Notes: generated by a model not told the origin, from the sequence alone. A stretch of 64,000 nt of DNA from Gammaproteobacteria bacterium (GCA_965222615.1 CBDCUI010000009.1:608001-672000), one strand, 5' to 3'; shown: positions 19,585 through 29,765, counted from the first letter of the stretch. Made by a program: numbers and translations.

Positions 19585-20598
19585 TTACGGGTTTGAATAA
19601 TAAATCGATTCACCAATCGACTTCACCGTTCCTTCTGGAACTTCACCAACTACTGTGATCTGATGTTGATTAAGATCGCGAGCATACGCATTGATGACAC
19701 CTTTATTATGTGCACCTTTATACACATGTTGAGCATCATCAATCTTACTTATAAATACAGAGACTGAAGCCAATCCATCGGTTATCACCATATGCTGAAC
19801 TGGTTTTTTACTAGCACTCATCAACCGCCTAGTAACGCTACTCAGGGAAAATCCAGGAGGTAAATTTTGAACCTGCCAAGCACGATCCGGCTGAAGCTCG
19901 CCGTTTAACTCTACGCTTGCAGTTCTCCATGTGTAGTCGTTTAACCTAACACTCGGTTCAAACAATTCGTCTGGAACAGATTTCAACATACGAAAACTGG
20001 TAAACATCATATTTTCAATGACTTTGCCATTTACTCCAAACGTCTTGGATTTGAGTAACATGCCAATCTTAGGGTTAACACATAGTTCATGCCCGTAACG
20101 AAATTCATCTAACGGTTCAAAACGAATAATTTTACAACTAAAGCCTGCGATTCGATCTGAACCGACGGCGGTCATTTTGTAATGAAACGCTAGTTCATTG
20201 AGATTTTCAGGCAAAGATGAAGGCAGGCCATGGGGTGCCCTGGCAGTTTCAATAACGACCAATTTATCTCGTGGCCAAATACAGGTTAGTACATCGTGAT
20301 CGCGAATTACTTCACGCGCATCTCCAGTTAAAGAGACTAGTTTTTCTTTGATGCCAGAAGGTGTGTGAGCATGAATGATGCGCATGGTTTCAACACTACC
20401 ATTATGCATAAAAACGAAAGTACCTCGGTAATTACCCATTTCCAAGGTGTTATTCATATCGTTTAACAGCTTTTTAACATCATCTTCTGCAAATGCAAAA
20501 GAAAAGCTGCCAGCCAAAAAAGCTATGCAAAGAAAACGAATAAAGGATATGTAAGGATTATTTGACGCTCTCATGGAATTCTTGATCATAACCGACAA
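19585..20598 (-). CDS. rseB: Anti-sigmaE regulator RseB/MucB
   Basis: NYRGTFV, TDGLASVSVFI, ITVVGEVP; operon position; start uncertain. Confidence 0.9.
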   Translation of the reverse strand: MSVMIKNSMRASNNPYISFIRFLCIAFLAGSFSFAFAEDDVKKLLNDMNNTLEMGNYRGTFVFMHNGSVETMRIIHAHTPSGIKEKLVSLTGDAREVIRDHDVLTCIWPRDKLVVIETARAPHGLPSSLPENLNELAFHYKMTAVGSDRIAGFSCKIIRFEPLDEFRYGHELCVNPKIGMLLKSKTFGVNGKVIENMMFTSFRMLKSVPDELFEPSVRLNDYTWRTASVELNGELQPDRAWQVQNLPPGFSLSSVTRRLMSASKKPVQHMVITDGLASVSVFISKIDDAQHVYKGAHNKGVINAYARDLNQHQITVVGEVPEGTVKSIGESIYYSNP

Positions 20599-21151
20599 TT
20601 CTTACATGTGGCATTGAAACTCTCGGTGACGCATACTCTGCATGATTTACAATATAGCTATTAAACTCTGCAGCAGCCTTAGGATTAGAATAAATGCTTT
20701 GCAATTCCTCCGCACTTACACGCTGTATATCACTCTCTTCAATTACTCGTTCCGCAACAACTGGTGTATTTTCTGTAACTGTGCTCGGTTGCATAAAATT
20801 TTGCACTGCAATAAAGGATAAAATAGCTACTGAAGCCGCAATGGCTAGACCTATAGGAGTTGTATATTTTTTTGAACTTTCGACAGCAATGGCTGGTGCA
20901 GGAGCAATATCTGTTATATCAGGATCAAATACATCTTCATTTGATAATTTATCCATTACCTCTGCCGTAAAATTTGCATTTAGTTTAGTAGGTAATTCAT
21001 TACGCAGCGCATGACCAATTATATTATAGCGTTTAAACACTGCTTGAAGTTCCGAGTTTGATTTATACTCTTTTAAAATTTTTTGTGTTTCAAACTCAGA
21101 AACATCTTCATCTAGTATTCTTGATAAGAGTTCCAGATCTTTATCCTTCAT
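20558..21151 (-). CDS. rseA: Anti-sigmaE factor RseA/MucA
   Basis: LSRILDE, RYNIIGHALR, TM LAIAASVA, YIVNH. Confidence 0.88.
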   Translation of the reverse strand: MKDKDLELLSRILDEDVSEFETQKILKEYKSNSELQAVFKRYNIIGHALRNELPTKLNANFTAEVMDKLSNEDVFDPDITDIAPAPAIAVESSKKYTTPIGLAIAASVAILSFIAVQNFMQPSTVTENTPVVAERVIEESDIQRVSAEELQSIYSNPKAAAEFNSYIVNHAEYASPRVSMPHVRIVGYDQEFHESVK

Positions 21152-21171
21152 AATGTGTTCATTCCATGTAA

Positions 21172-21747
21172 TTAATCTAATAACGGCTTTAGATGTTTAT
21201 CAATTGCTTCACGTGCACGAAATATTCTAGATCTAACTGTTCCAATTGGACATTCCATTACCGTTGCAATTTCATCATATGTCATACCTTCAAGCTCTCG
21301 TAGCGTTATCGCTGTCTTTAAGTCTTCCGGCAACTCCTTTATTGCATTGTATACCGTTGTCTCAATTTCACACGTAAGCATACGTCCTTCAGGGGTATCA
21401 AACTCTTTTAACGCAGTAGCCGATTCTATATGTTCGGCATCTTCTACATCTACTGCATAGGCTGGAGTTTTCCTACTTTGCGATACCAAATAATTCTTAG
21501 CCGAATTGATCGCAATTCTATACAGCCATGTATAAAAAGCACTATCTCCACGAAACTTTGCTAGGCCTCGATAGGCTTTTATAAATGCTTCCTGCGCTAC
21601 GTCCTGAGCTTCATCAGCATCCTTTACAAACCGAGTCACCAAATTGATCACTTTATACTGATACTTATTAACTAGCGCATCAAAAGCGACCTTATCCCCT
21701 TTTTGAGCTTTTTTTACTAGCTCCTTATCGTTATTATTCTCGCCCAT
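21172..21747 (-). CDS. rpoE: ECF sigma factor RpoE/AlgU
   Basis: DVAQEAFIKAYR, FRGDSAFYTWLYRIAIN, CPIGTVRSRIFRAR; start set at ATG 21747 behind AAGGAG. Confidence 0.96.
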   Translation of the reverse strand: MGENNNDKELVKKAQKGDKVAFDALVNKYQYKVINLVTRFVKDADEAQDVAQEAFIKAYRGLAKFRGDSAFYTWLYRIAINSAKNYLVSQSRKTPAYAVDVEDAEHIESATALKEFDTPEGRMLTCEIETTVYNAIKELPEDLKTAITLRELEGMTYDEIATVMECPIGTVRSRIFRAREAIDKHLKPLLD

Positions 21748-21795
21748 ATGGGCCTGACTCCTTGTATCACGGATACCCATAGACACCCGTAGCTG

Positions 21796-21822
21796 TATGA
21801 CAATTTTATCGTGTAAGAGTTC
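21796..21822 (-). promoter_or_regulatory. Putative autoregulatory sigmaE promoter of rpoE
   Basis: Minus strand GAACTC-N15-GTCATA, same -10 as the mucD promoter. Confidence 0.55.
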
Positions 21823-21930
21823 TTGTTTACGGTCTCCGAGCGGATTCTACCGCTAAGTGGTGCCATTTTGTTAACTTGATCACCCCAACTATGACACAAT
21901 GCGTCTAAATTACGGCAATTTCATCTATCT

Positions 21931-23577
21931 ATGCATGACTTCGACATACTAATAATCGGCAGTGGTGCGGCTGGTTTAAGCCTCGCTTTACGGCTTGATC
22001 CGAGCTTTCAAATCGCGGTGATTTCTAAAGGACCTCTTGATGATGGCAGCACGGCCTGGGCTCAAGGTGGTATTTCTGCAGTCATCGATGAAGGCGATTC
22101 TATCGACCAGCATATGGCAGATACTATCGATGCCGGTGCCGGCCTATGCGATGAAGAGGCAGTACAACATACTGTTTCTCATGGCAAAGAAATGATCACT
22201 TGGCTGACAGAGCTCGGTGTTAAATTCACACGTGAAACCGGTCTTGATGGCAAATCCTATCTACATTTAACACGGGAGGGCGGGCATACGCATAGAAGGG
22301 TTGTACACGCAGCAGATGCAACCGGCTGGGCAGTGGAAAATGCGCTTATTAAAAATGTATTTGAGCGAAATAATATCAATATCTTTGAACATTATATTGC
22401 TATTGATTTAATTACTACCGGTAAACTCTATAATGAGCGAAAGCAACATAAGAAAAATAAATGTGTTGGCGCTTATGTTCTAGATACAAGTAAACAACAT
22501 GTAGATACTTTTCGTACCAAGTACGTAATATTGGCAACCGGCGGCGCTAGCAAAGTATACTTATATACTAGTAACCCAGATGGCGCCTCTGGTGATGGCA
22601 TTGCCATGGCATGGCGGGCTGGTTGTCGCATAGCCAATATGGAATTTATGCAATTCCATCCAACATGTCTTTATCATCCTAGTGCTAAATCATATTTAAT
22701 TACCGAGGCAGTGCGTGGTGAAGGCGGCAAATTATTATTACCTGATGGTTCAGAGTTTGCGCATGAATTCGATCCTCGAGGTGTATTAGCGCCTCGAGAT
22801 ATCGTAGCACGTGCAATCGACTATAAAATGAAGCAACTCGGTATCGATTGCGTATACCTAGACATCAGTCATAAACCGAAAAAATTTATTGAATCTCATT
22901 TTCCAAATGTATACGCGCGTTGCTTGAAACTCGGCTATGACATGTCAAAAGAACCCGTGCCTGTCGTACCTGCTGCACATTATACATGCGGCGGTGTGAT
23001 GACTGACTTACGTGGCAGAACCGATGTAAAAAATTTATATGCAGTTGGAGAAACAACTCATACGGGTCTACACGGCGCAAATCGAATGGCGAGTAATTCA
23101 TTATTAGAATGTTTGGTGTTTGCTGATTCTGCCAGTAAAGATATCAATTCACGTCAAGACCAAGAATTGATTAATAAAGACATCCCACCTTGGGATGAAA
23201 GTCGTGTGACCGAACCTGATGAGGAAATCGTGGTAGCACATAACTGGGATGAGTTGAGAAGATTTATGTGGGACTATGTAGGTATCGTGCGCACAGACAA
23301 ACGCTTACAACGCGCTAAACACCGTGTTGATCTGCTCTCTTCGGAAATAGATGAATACTATAGTAACTTCCGTGTAAGTGGCGACCTGATTGAGCTAAGA
23401 AACTTAACTTTAGTGGCTGACTTAATTATTCGAAGTGCTCTATCAAGAAAAGAAAGCCGCGGTTTACATTATACGTTAAATTACCCAACACCAGACCTCT
23501 CATTAGAAAGTGTAGATACCATCCTCGACCCAAAAAAAGAGCTTGCTTCGACGAAACCTGTGTACGCAGCCTCTTAA
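21931..23577 (+). CDS. nadB: L-aspartate oxidase
   Basis: GSGAAG, AQGGI, REGGH, QFHPT, HGANRMASNSL; divergent from rpoE. Confidence 0.96.
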   Translation: MHDFDILIIGSGAAGLSLALRLDPSFQIAVISKGPLDDGSTAWAQGGISAVIDEGDSIDQHMADTIDAGAGLCDEEAVQHTVSHGKEMITWLTELGVKFTRETGLDGKSYLHLTREGGHTHRRVVHAADATGWAVENALIKNVFERNNINIFEHYIAIDLITTGKLYNERKQHKKNKCVGAYVLDTSKQHVDTFRTKYVILATGGASKVYLYTSNPDGASGDGIAMAWRAGCRIANMEFMQFHPTCLYHPSAKSYLITEAVRGEGGKLLLPDGSEFAHEFDPRGVLAPRDIVARAIDYKMKQLGIDCVYLDISHKPKKFIESHFPNVYARCLKLGYDMSKEPVPVVPAAHYTCGGVMTDLRGRTDVKNLYAVGETTHTGLHGANRMASNSLLECLVFADSASKDINSRQDQELINKDIPPWDESRVTEPDEEIVVAHNWDELRRFMWDYVGIVRTDKRLQRAKHRVDLLSSEIDEYYSNFRVSGDLIELRNLTLVADLIIRSALSRKESRGLHYTLNYPTPDLSLESVDTILDPKKELASTKPVYAAS

Positions 23578-23647
23578 ATGTAAAAGTTTAGCTTTAATCA
23601 ACCAGGCACTGTAAGACACAATTACAAGCAGGCTAAGATTAAGGAAA

Positions 23648-23890
23648 GCATCATCCCTGATGCAACTCTCATTCACACATCCCGGTGCTCACCATTATTT
23701 ACTTGACGAGCAAACAGAATAGACGGCTGGCAAATGAACAGGGAGGTTCATTTGAGGCAGGCTGAGCAGGATGTGAATCCTGCCGGCAGCCATGTCTTTC
23801 TGTGTAGCGAGTGTGCCCCGTAAGGGGCAAGGATATTAGGCTGCATTTTCTTGGTGACTTCTTTGTTGCCACAAAGAAGTCTCTCGCTCT
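23648..23890. repeat. Structured intergenic repeat (multi-hairpin, MITE/REP-like)
   Basis: Series of short hairpins; 23648-23682 matches 56116-56150 at 32/35 nt. Confidence 0.55.
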
Positions 23891-23996
23891 CTTGGCAGAA
23901 GATTTAAAAAATAATAGAAGTATTGGGAGAGCGAATAAGTTTCCTAGAGGTTTCTAACTGGATTGCCACGTCGTAGCGCTCATCGATAAGAATAAA

Positions 23997-24563
23997 TCAG
24001 AGCTTTCTATTAGGTTTTATTAAAAATTTGTCTCGATAGTACTTTAATTCTTCTATCGAATCACGAATATCATCTAATGCAAGGTGTTTGGACTCTTTAG
24101 TAAAACCATTCGCCACTTCAGGCTGCCAGCGCAATGCCAATTCTTTTAATGTACTGACATCCAAGTTTCTATAGTGAAAGTAATTTTCTAACTCTGGCAT
24201 GTGACGCGCAAGAAACCTTCGATCCTGGCAAATACTATTACCACACATTGGTGAACGATTCTGGGGCACATAGTCTTGCAAAAATTCCAATGTTACTTTT
24301 TCAGCTTCTTGTTCCGTGACAGAACTTGCCTTTACACGTTCAGTTAATCCCGATTTCGCATGCTGCTCAGTATTCCATTCATCCATTGAGTCTAAAATCG
24401 AGATTTCTTGGCGAATCGCTAATACAGGTCCTACAGCCACTTCTTGAAGATCCTTATCAGTAACAATCGTAGCAATTTCAATAATACGATCTTCAAAAGG
24501 ATTCAAGCCCGTCATTTCTAAGTCTATCCATATTAGATTATCTGGACCACTTGACATTAGCAT
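23997..24563 (-). CDS. orn: Oligoribonuclease
   Basis: [39 protein letters not shown]. Confidence 0.97.
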   Translation of the reverse strand: MLMSSGPDNLIWIDLEMTGLNPFEDRIIEIATIVTDKDLQEVAVGPVLAIRQEISILDSMDEWNTEQHAKSGLTERVKASSVTEQEAEKVTLEFLQDYVPQNRSPMCGNSICQDRRFLARHMPELENYFHYRNLDVSTLKELALRWQPEVANGFTKESKHLALDDIRDSIEELKYYRDKFLIKPNRKL

Positions 24564-24632
24564 TTCCTTATCTGTTTTGTATATGATACACAGATGATGA
24601 ACAAATTATTATATAAGTCTTGTAATTACTAT

Positions 24633-24923
24633 ATGAAAATTTCAATCAATACTATATTTTTATTCTTACTAACCTGCATAATTAATACTGCAAATGCCGA
24701 AGCAGGTAGTCAACTGCATCAAGATAATTGCATAGCCTGTCATGCTGCAATGACTGGTGGTGATGGATCTGTCTTATATACAAGAAAAAATCGTCGTGTA
24801 ACTTCAATGGAGTCTCTAGGGAAACAAGTCAACCGCTGTCAATCTAGCCTTGGACTTAATTGGTCCACAAATCAGCAACAAAAAGTTCAACAATATTTAA
24901 ACCATTCGTTTTATAAATTCTAA
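24633..24923 (+). CDS. Monoheme c-type cytochrome
   Basis: Signal peptide, CIACH, additional Cys in VNRCQ; start set at ATG 24633. Confidence 0.85.
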   Translation: MKISINTIFLFLLTCIINTANAEAGSQLHQDNCIACHAAMTGGDGSVLYTRKNRRVTSMESLGKQVNRCQSSLGLNWSTNQQQKVQQYLNHSFYKF

Positions 24924-25011
24924 TTTTCAGCAGCTTACCGTTATCGAAGAGTATCAAGCAAAAGTCGTTAGCCGTCATGGAGCCCATCTAACCGTAAAAG
25001 ATGAGAAGGGT

Positions 25012-25818
25012 ATGCTGCATGGCTGCATCTCTGCAAAAAAGTTTAGTCACGTAGTCTGTGGTGACCTTGTACGATGTAAAATAATTGACCAAGACCGCGA
25101 CCAATTGACCAGGCTATTGCCACGAAAAAATGAGTTGTTAAGACAAACTGAGTTTGCAATTAAAGTAGTTGCAGCTAATATCGACACTATTGCAATCGTT
25201 TGTGCAATAGAGCCAGAGCCATCATTAGAATTGATTGATCATTACATCGTTGCAGCAGAAAATATGCCTGCATCAGTAATTATTGTGGCAAACAAAACAG
25301 ACCTGCCTAATTCACTTACCATTACTCAAGTCTTGACCGATAAATATCAAAATCTTTCTTATCCTATTATTGAAACAACTGCAAAAGACTCACAAAGCTT
25401 GAATAAGCTAATAGAACAATTTAAAAACAGTACTGTTGTGTTTGTTGGACAATCTGGTGTCGGTAAATCTACATTAATTAGCAAAATTATTCCGTCAGTC
25501 AATATAGATACACAATCAATATCTGCAGGTATACAACAGGGTAGGCATACTACCAGTGTCACTACTTTATATGACCTTCCCCAAGGTAGTGAATTAATTG
25601 ATTCACCTGGTGTGAGAGATTTTTTATTACCGAAACTAGACAAAGACAAAATAGAAAAAGGATTTTGTGAAATTTATAAACTTAGCAAAAAGTGTAAGTT
25701 TCATGATTGTTCCCACCTCACCGAACCCGATTGTGCGGTTAAACGTGCTTTAGAAAATGGCGAGTTGCACAAATTACGTTATTTATCTTATAAAAAGATG
25801 ATAGAACAACTTAGTTAA
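25012..25818 (+). CDS. rsgA: Ribosome small subunit-dependent GTPase A (true start probably upstream)
   Basis: NKTD, GQSGVGKST, GRHTT, DSPG, CKFHDCSHLTEPDC zinc finger. Confidence 0.93.
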   Translation: MLHGCISAKKFSHVVCGDLVRCKIIDQDRDQLTRLLPRKNELLRQTEFAIKVVAANIDTIAIVCAIEPEPSLELIDHYIVAAENMPASVIIVANKTDLPNSLTITQVLTDKYQNLSYPIIETTAKDSQSLNKLIEQFKNSTVVFVGQSGVGKSTLISKIIPSVNIDTQSISAGIQQGRHTTSVTTLYDLPQGSELIDSPGVRDFLLPKLDKDKIEKGFCEIYKLSKKCKFHDCSHLTEPDCAVKRALENGELHKLRYLSYKKMIEQLS

Positions 25819-25820
25819 AA

Positions 25821-25998
25821 GGAGCTGTGATTTATTCTGCCATGGTTAAATTTTTTTGGTCGTTAAAAAATTTCTCAAAATGCGGGGTGGTGGAGCCACA
25901 AACTCACTTGTAAACTCCGCTTCTTCAAAATTTTTTGCCTCATCTCAGCCGCCTATTTTAAATTCTTAAATAAATATAGGCTAATAAATCACAGCTCC
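25821..25998. repeat. MITE-like element with 16-bp perfect terminal inverted repeats
   Basis: GGAGCTGTGATTTATT ... AATAAATCACAGCTCC; internal region homologous (inverted) to 26645-26777. Confidence 0.75.
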
Positions 25999-26008
25999 CT
26001 TTGTTTTT

Positions 26009-26632
26009 TTAGTAGCTTTTTCGACTGGAAAATGCTTCAGCGATCGTATTTTGGTCTACATAGTCAAGTTCTCCACCTACAGGCACCCCTTGTGCAAGCC
26101 TGGTGGTAGTAATGCCGTATTTTTTTGCCATTTCACTTAATACATGAGCGGTAACTTCACCTTCAACCGTTGAGTTTGTCGCCAAAATTAATTCCTTAAC
26201 CGAGTCTCTAACCAAGCGATTTTCTAGCAATTCAAGCCCCAATTCTGTGGGGCCTATCCCATCCAAGGGTGAAAGACGACCCATTAAGACAAAATAAAGA
26301 CCTCGATAATCTGTACTTTTTTCTATAGTAAATACGTCTGTCGGATTCTCTACCACACAAATTTGAAAAGTTTGTCGAGATTTATCTGTACATATAGAAC
26401 ACAATTCTTGTTCAGTAAAAATTCGACAATTATTACAGTGTCCTATTTCTTTAACTGCCTTGAGTAATGTTTCAGCAAGTTGCCTTGCACCGCTACGGTC
26501 ACGCTGTAATAAATGAAATGCCATACGTTGTGCCGACTTTGGTCCAACACCTGGCAGACACTTCAAGGAATCAATTAGAGAATCCAATAGTGAAATAGAC
26601 TTTGCCCCATTACCTTTATTCATCAATGACAC
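26009..26632 (-). CDS. recR: Recombination protein RecR
   Basis: LPGVGPKSAQRMA, C4 zinc finger, TOPRIM ATNSTVEGE. Confidence 0.96.
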   Translation of the reverse strand: MSLMNKGNGAKSISLLDSLIDSLKCLPGVGPKSAQRMAFHLLQRDRSGARQLAETLLKAVKEIGHCNNCRIFTEQELCSICTDKSRQTFQICVVENPTDVFTIEKSTDYRGLYFVLMGRLSPLDGIGPTELGLELLENRLVRDSVKELILATNSTVEGEVTAHVLSEMAKKYGITTTRLAQGVPVGGELDYVDQNTIAEAFSSRKSY

Positions 26633-26644
26633 ACCAAAATTCTG

Positions 26645-26777
26645 GGGAAGCTCCTGATTTATTAGTGTAACGACTGAGACTAGGCAAAAAATGTCGAGAA
26701 AGCGGAGTTTACACGTAAGTAAATGAGCATTTTAAGACATTTTTTAACGAAGTATCAGAATAAATCAGGAATTTCCC
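26645..26777. repeat. MITE-like element, same family as 25821-25998
   Basis: GGGAAGCTCCTGATTTATT ... AATAAATCAGGAATTTCCC; core aaagcggagtttacac-gtaaatgagcatttt. Confidence 0.75.
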
Positions 26778-27100
26778 TAAAAAGGCAATTTCATACCCGC
26801 AGGCAGATTCAACCCACTAGTCAAATTAGACATATGATCTTTAGTAAGCTGCTCAACTTTATTGGAAGCATCATTAATAGCTGCGGCAATTAGATCTTCT
26901 AACATATCTTTATCATCATTTAATAAACTCTCATCGATATGTACTTTGCGAACTTCATGTTTTCCGGTCATGGTAACTTTCACCAAACTGCCCCCTGCCT
27001 GCCCTTTTACCTCTAAATTTTTTAATTCTTCTTGCGCCTTTTGCATATCTTCTTGCATTTTTTGCGCTTGTTTCATTAAATTTCCTAATCCACCTTTCAT
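26777..27100 (-). CDS. ybaB: Nucleoid-associated protein YbaB/EbfC
   Basis: [32 protein letters not shown]; dnaX-ybaB-recR order. Confidence 0.95.
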   Translation of the reverse strand: MKGGLGNLMKQAQKMQEDMQKAQEELKNLEVKGQAGGSLVKVTMTGKHEVRKVHIDESLLNDDKDMLEDLIAAAINDASNKVEQLTKDHMSNLTSGLNLPAGMKLPF

Positions 27101-27153
27101 ATTATTCTCCTAGGTCTTACTCATTTTCTATTATCCTATGTAATCGAAAAACT

Positions 27154-28734
27154 TTAATCATTGATCGGTTTTATCGACCCTTCGATAACTTCCGCTCCAA
27201 AACTAGATTTGAATGCTTTAACTACTTCATCTTCTTCAACATATTTCTCGGCACGAGAACGTTTCTTAGCATCTGCACGATCTTTTTCCTTTGCGGGCGT
27301 CTCTATTTCTTTTGCAGAAATTTCTATTACCAATGATAAGTCTTTATCAAAATATAACTGCAGTGCTTTTTCTAACTTTTGTTTAACATTTGTCGTTGCT
27401 ATTCCTTCATGCTGCGGTGCAAGATTAAGCACTATCCTATCGTCAGTTGTTTCTTTTAGACTACAATTTGAAGCAAGTGAATATGCCACACCTTGTAAGT
27501 TAAGATTTTCAATTATTTTTGGCCAGGATTGTTTATTTTCATTTAAGTCCTGTAAATTTTGATCCGCTTTTTTTTCATCAGGATTATTTGCGACTTTTTT
27601 TTTCGTTTCGATATTTTTCTCTATGCTACTCGGGACATAGTTACTTTTATTTGCTGGCTTAAAGGAAAGCATGCGCAATAATGTCATTTCTAATGCGCAC
27701 TGCGAAGAAGTAGACAGATACAAGTCACGCTTGCCTATTAATGCAATTTGATAAAAAAGCTGAACATCTTCAGGGCTGATACGTTTACTTAAATCATCAA
27801 CTAAACTTTTATCGTAATCTATTGTGTTTAAAATATTTGGCACAGCCTGCACCAATGCGACTTGATGTAAAGTAGTAATAATATCTTCAAAGAAACTCTC
27901 AAAATCTGCAGATAATTTTGCTAACTCATGTGTGCATTGCATAATCTCTGCTGCATCTTCGTCAGCTAAGGCTTGTAATAACTTTTGCAAATACTCCCTT
28001 GGCACTGTGCCTAACATTTCGTGAATAGCAGAATCCGTAACATTACCGTCACTATATGCAATGGCTTGATCTAACAAGCTTAACGCATCACGCATGCTGC
28101 CATCGGCACTACGTGCCAATGAGTGTAGCGCCGATGTTTCAAATGATATTTCTTCAGCTTGTATAAGTTTTTCTAATTGCTGACTTATCATGTCATCTGA
28201 TAATTTTTTTAAATTAAACTGCAAACATCTGGAGAGCACCGTAATCGGTAACTTTTGAGAATCCGTAGTTGCTAAAAGAAACTTAACATGAGGTGGCGGC
28301 TCTTCTAGGGTCTTGAGCAAGGCATTAAAACTATGGCCCGAAAGCATATGTACTTCGTCGATTAAGTAGACCTTATAGTTGCCACGGCTGGGACTATATT
28401 GAACATTATCGAGTAGCTCACGTGTATCTTCCACTTTAGTTCGCGAGGCTGCATCTACTTCAATTAGATCGATAAAACGACCTTCGTCGATCTCAAGACA
28501 AGCCCCGCATTTACCACAAGGAGTTGAATTAACACCTTGTTCACAATTTAGGCATTTGGCAAAAATCCTTGCTAGGGTGGTCTTACCTACCCCCCGAGTA
28601 CCTGTGAATAAATACGCATGATGCAAACGTTCTTGATCAAGTGCATTCGCCAATGCCTTAACGACATGGCTTTGTCCAACTACCTCAGTAAAATTTTTAG
28701 GTCGCCATTTTCTGGCTAACGCTTGATAACTCAT
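27154..28734 (-). CDS. dnaX: DNA polymerase III subunits tau/gamma
   Basis: MSYQALARKWRP, GTRGVGKTT, IDEVHML, SRC; start corrected to ATG 28734. Confidence 0.97.
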   Translation of the reverse strand: MSYQALARKWRPKNFTEVVGQSHVVKALANALDQERLHHAYLFTGTRGVGKTTLARIFAKCLNCEQGVNSTPCGKCGACLEIDEGRFIDLIEVDAASRTKVEDTRELLDNVQYSPSRGNYKVYLIDEVHMLSGHSFNALLKTLEEPPPHVKFLLATTDSQKLPITVLSRCLQFNLKKLSDDMISQQLEKLIQAEEISFETSALHSLARSADGSMRDALSLLDQAIAYSDGNVTDSAIHEMLGTVPREYLQKLLQALADEDAAEIMQCTHELAKLSADFESFFEDIITTLHQVALVQAVPNILNTIDYDKSLVDDLSKRISPEDVQLFYQIALIGKRDLYLSTSSQCALEMTLLRMLSFKPANKSNYVPSSIEKNIETKKKVANNPDEKKADQNLQDLNENKQSWPKIIENLNLQGVAYSLASNCSLKETTDDRIVLNLAPQHEGIATTNVKQKLEKALQLYFDKDLSLVIEISAKEIETPAKEKDRADAKKRSRAEKYVEEDEVVKAFKSSFGAEVIEGSIKPIND

Positions 28735-28772
28735 TCCTGGATTATACGAGATTATAATATTTCTAAACTTAA

Positions 28773-28884
28773 ACGACCTGTGCCAGCGATCCCTTTGCAC
28801 CCGAAGTATACTGTTACCGTTGCTCCCTTCCGGGCCTGGCGGGGTTCACAGCATTTCGTCGCAAGGGTACTGACACAGACCGCC
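28773..28884 (-). ncRNA. ffs: Signal recognition particle 4.5S RNA
   Basis: Minus strand gaaccccgccaggcccGGAAgggagcaacgg helix-8 motif inside a long hairpin; upstream of dnaX. Confidence 0.92.
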
Positions 28885-28994
28885 ATAAGACTATAGCCTA
28901 GAGCTTAAGTTTTTAAAATACAGCAAAAATTTGATTAAAGCATGATCAAACTAATTAGGGAAATTTGATCTTGAAAGCCACACTTTTATAAGGA

Positions 28995-29584
28995 GTGTTT
29001 ATGTCCTTTTTTTCTTTACTCTCGCCTTCAAAACTGTTCTCAAAAACAAAATCACAAATCCGTGGTGCAAATTGGGAATTTTGGATTGGAAACTTTTTTG
29101 TTGTCTTTTCAACTGTCTTAGGTGTGTATCTAGCTGCTCACGCAGCATTAGAAACTGCTATCAAATATGATGCGGTCCGCACTGATCGAGATAATTACTA
29201 TATGAGATCATCTTTATATAACGAACTCAATCATAATATTAGTGCCTTAGAAAAAATCATTGAAAATTTAAGAGAGGGGCGTAGATACCGTATACAAGAT
29301 CAATATACTATTCATCCCCGATATTTTGTATGGGAGTCATTAAAATCTTCTCCATCTGCACTTACTACACCTCCTAAGATTTTAGCAGGCGTAAGTGAGT
29401 TCTATGGGAACTCACAAATTGTGCTAAATAAAGTCAGTGGGAGAAGAGATTTTAAAATGGGAATATCTGCTAATGATTTAGAGAAACAAGTTGAAAAACT
29501 AAAAAAACAACCCTACCCCCTTTAGAACAAAACTTAAAAGAGCTTAGAGAAGAATTGATTGAAAGTGAGATTGAGTTTGAGTAG
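28995..29584 (+). CDS. Membrane-anchored hypothetical protein, probable frameshift near 3' end
   Basis: ORF 28995-29525 with one TM; the -1 frame after the A7 run (29501-29507) continues TTLPPLEQNLKELREELIESEIEFE to TAG 29584. Confidence 0.6.
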
Positions 29585-29765
29585 TAATTACAAACGTCTT
29601 TAATCAATTATACACATAATAAGGAGACTATTGATCTACTTTACTATTGTGTATTAGACAAAAACTCTGTACCGACTGTATTGATTATCAAGGAAAGAGT
29701 GGATGGAAGGGGGCGGAGTGATCATACCCTGGTTTGGTGGAGTCCAAGAAAGAGGATGGTTTAGT

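Noticed and set aside
28735-28800. N-terminal extension of DnaX in the ORF track
   Set aside because: It overlaps the ffs RNA; the conserved start is MSYQALARKWRP at 28734.
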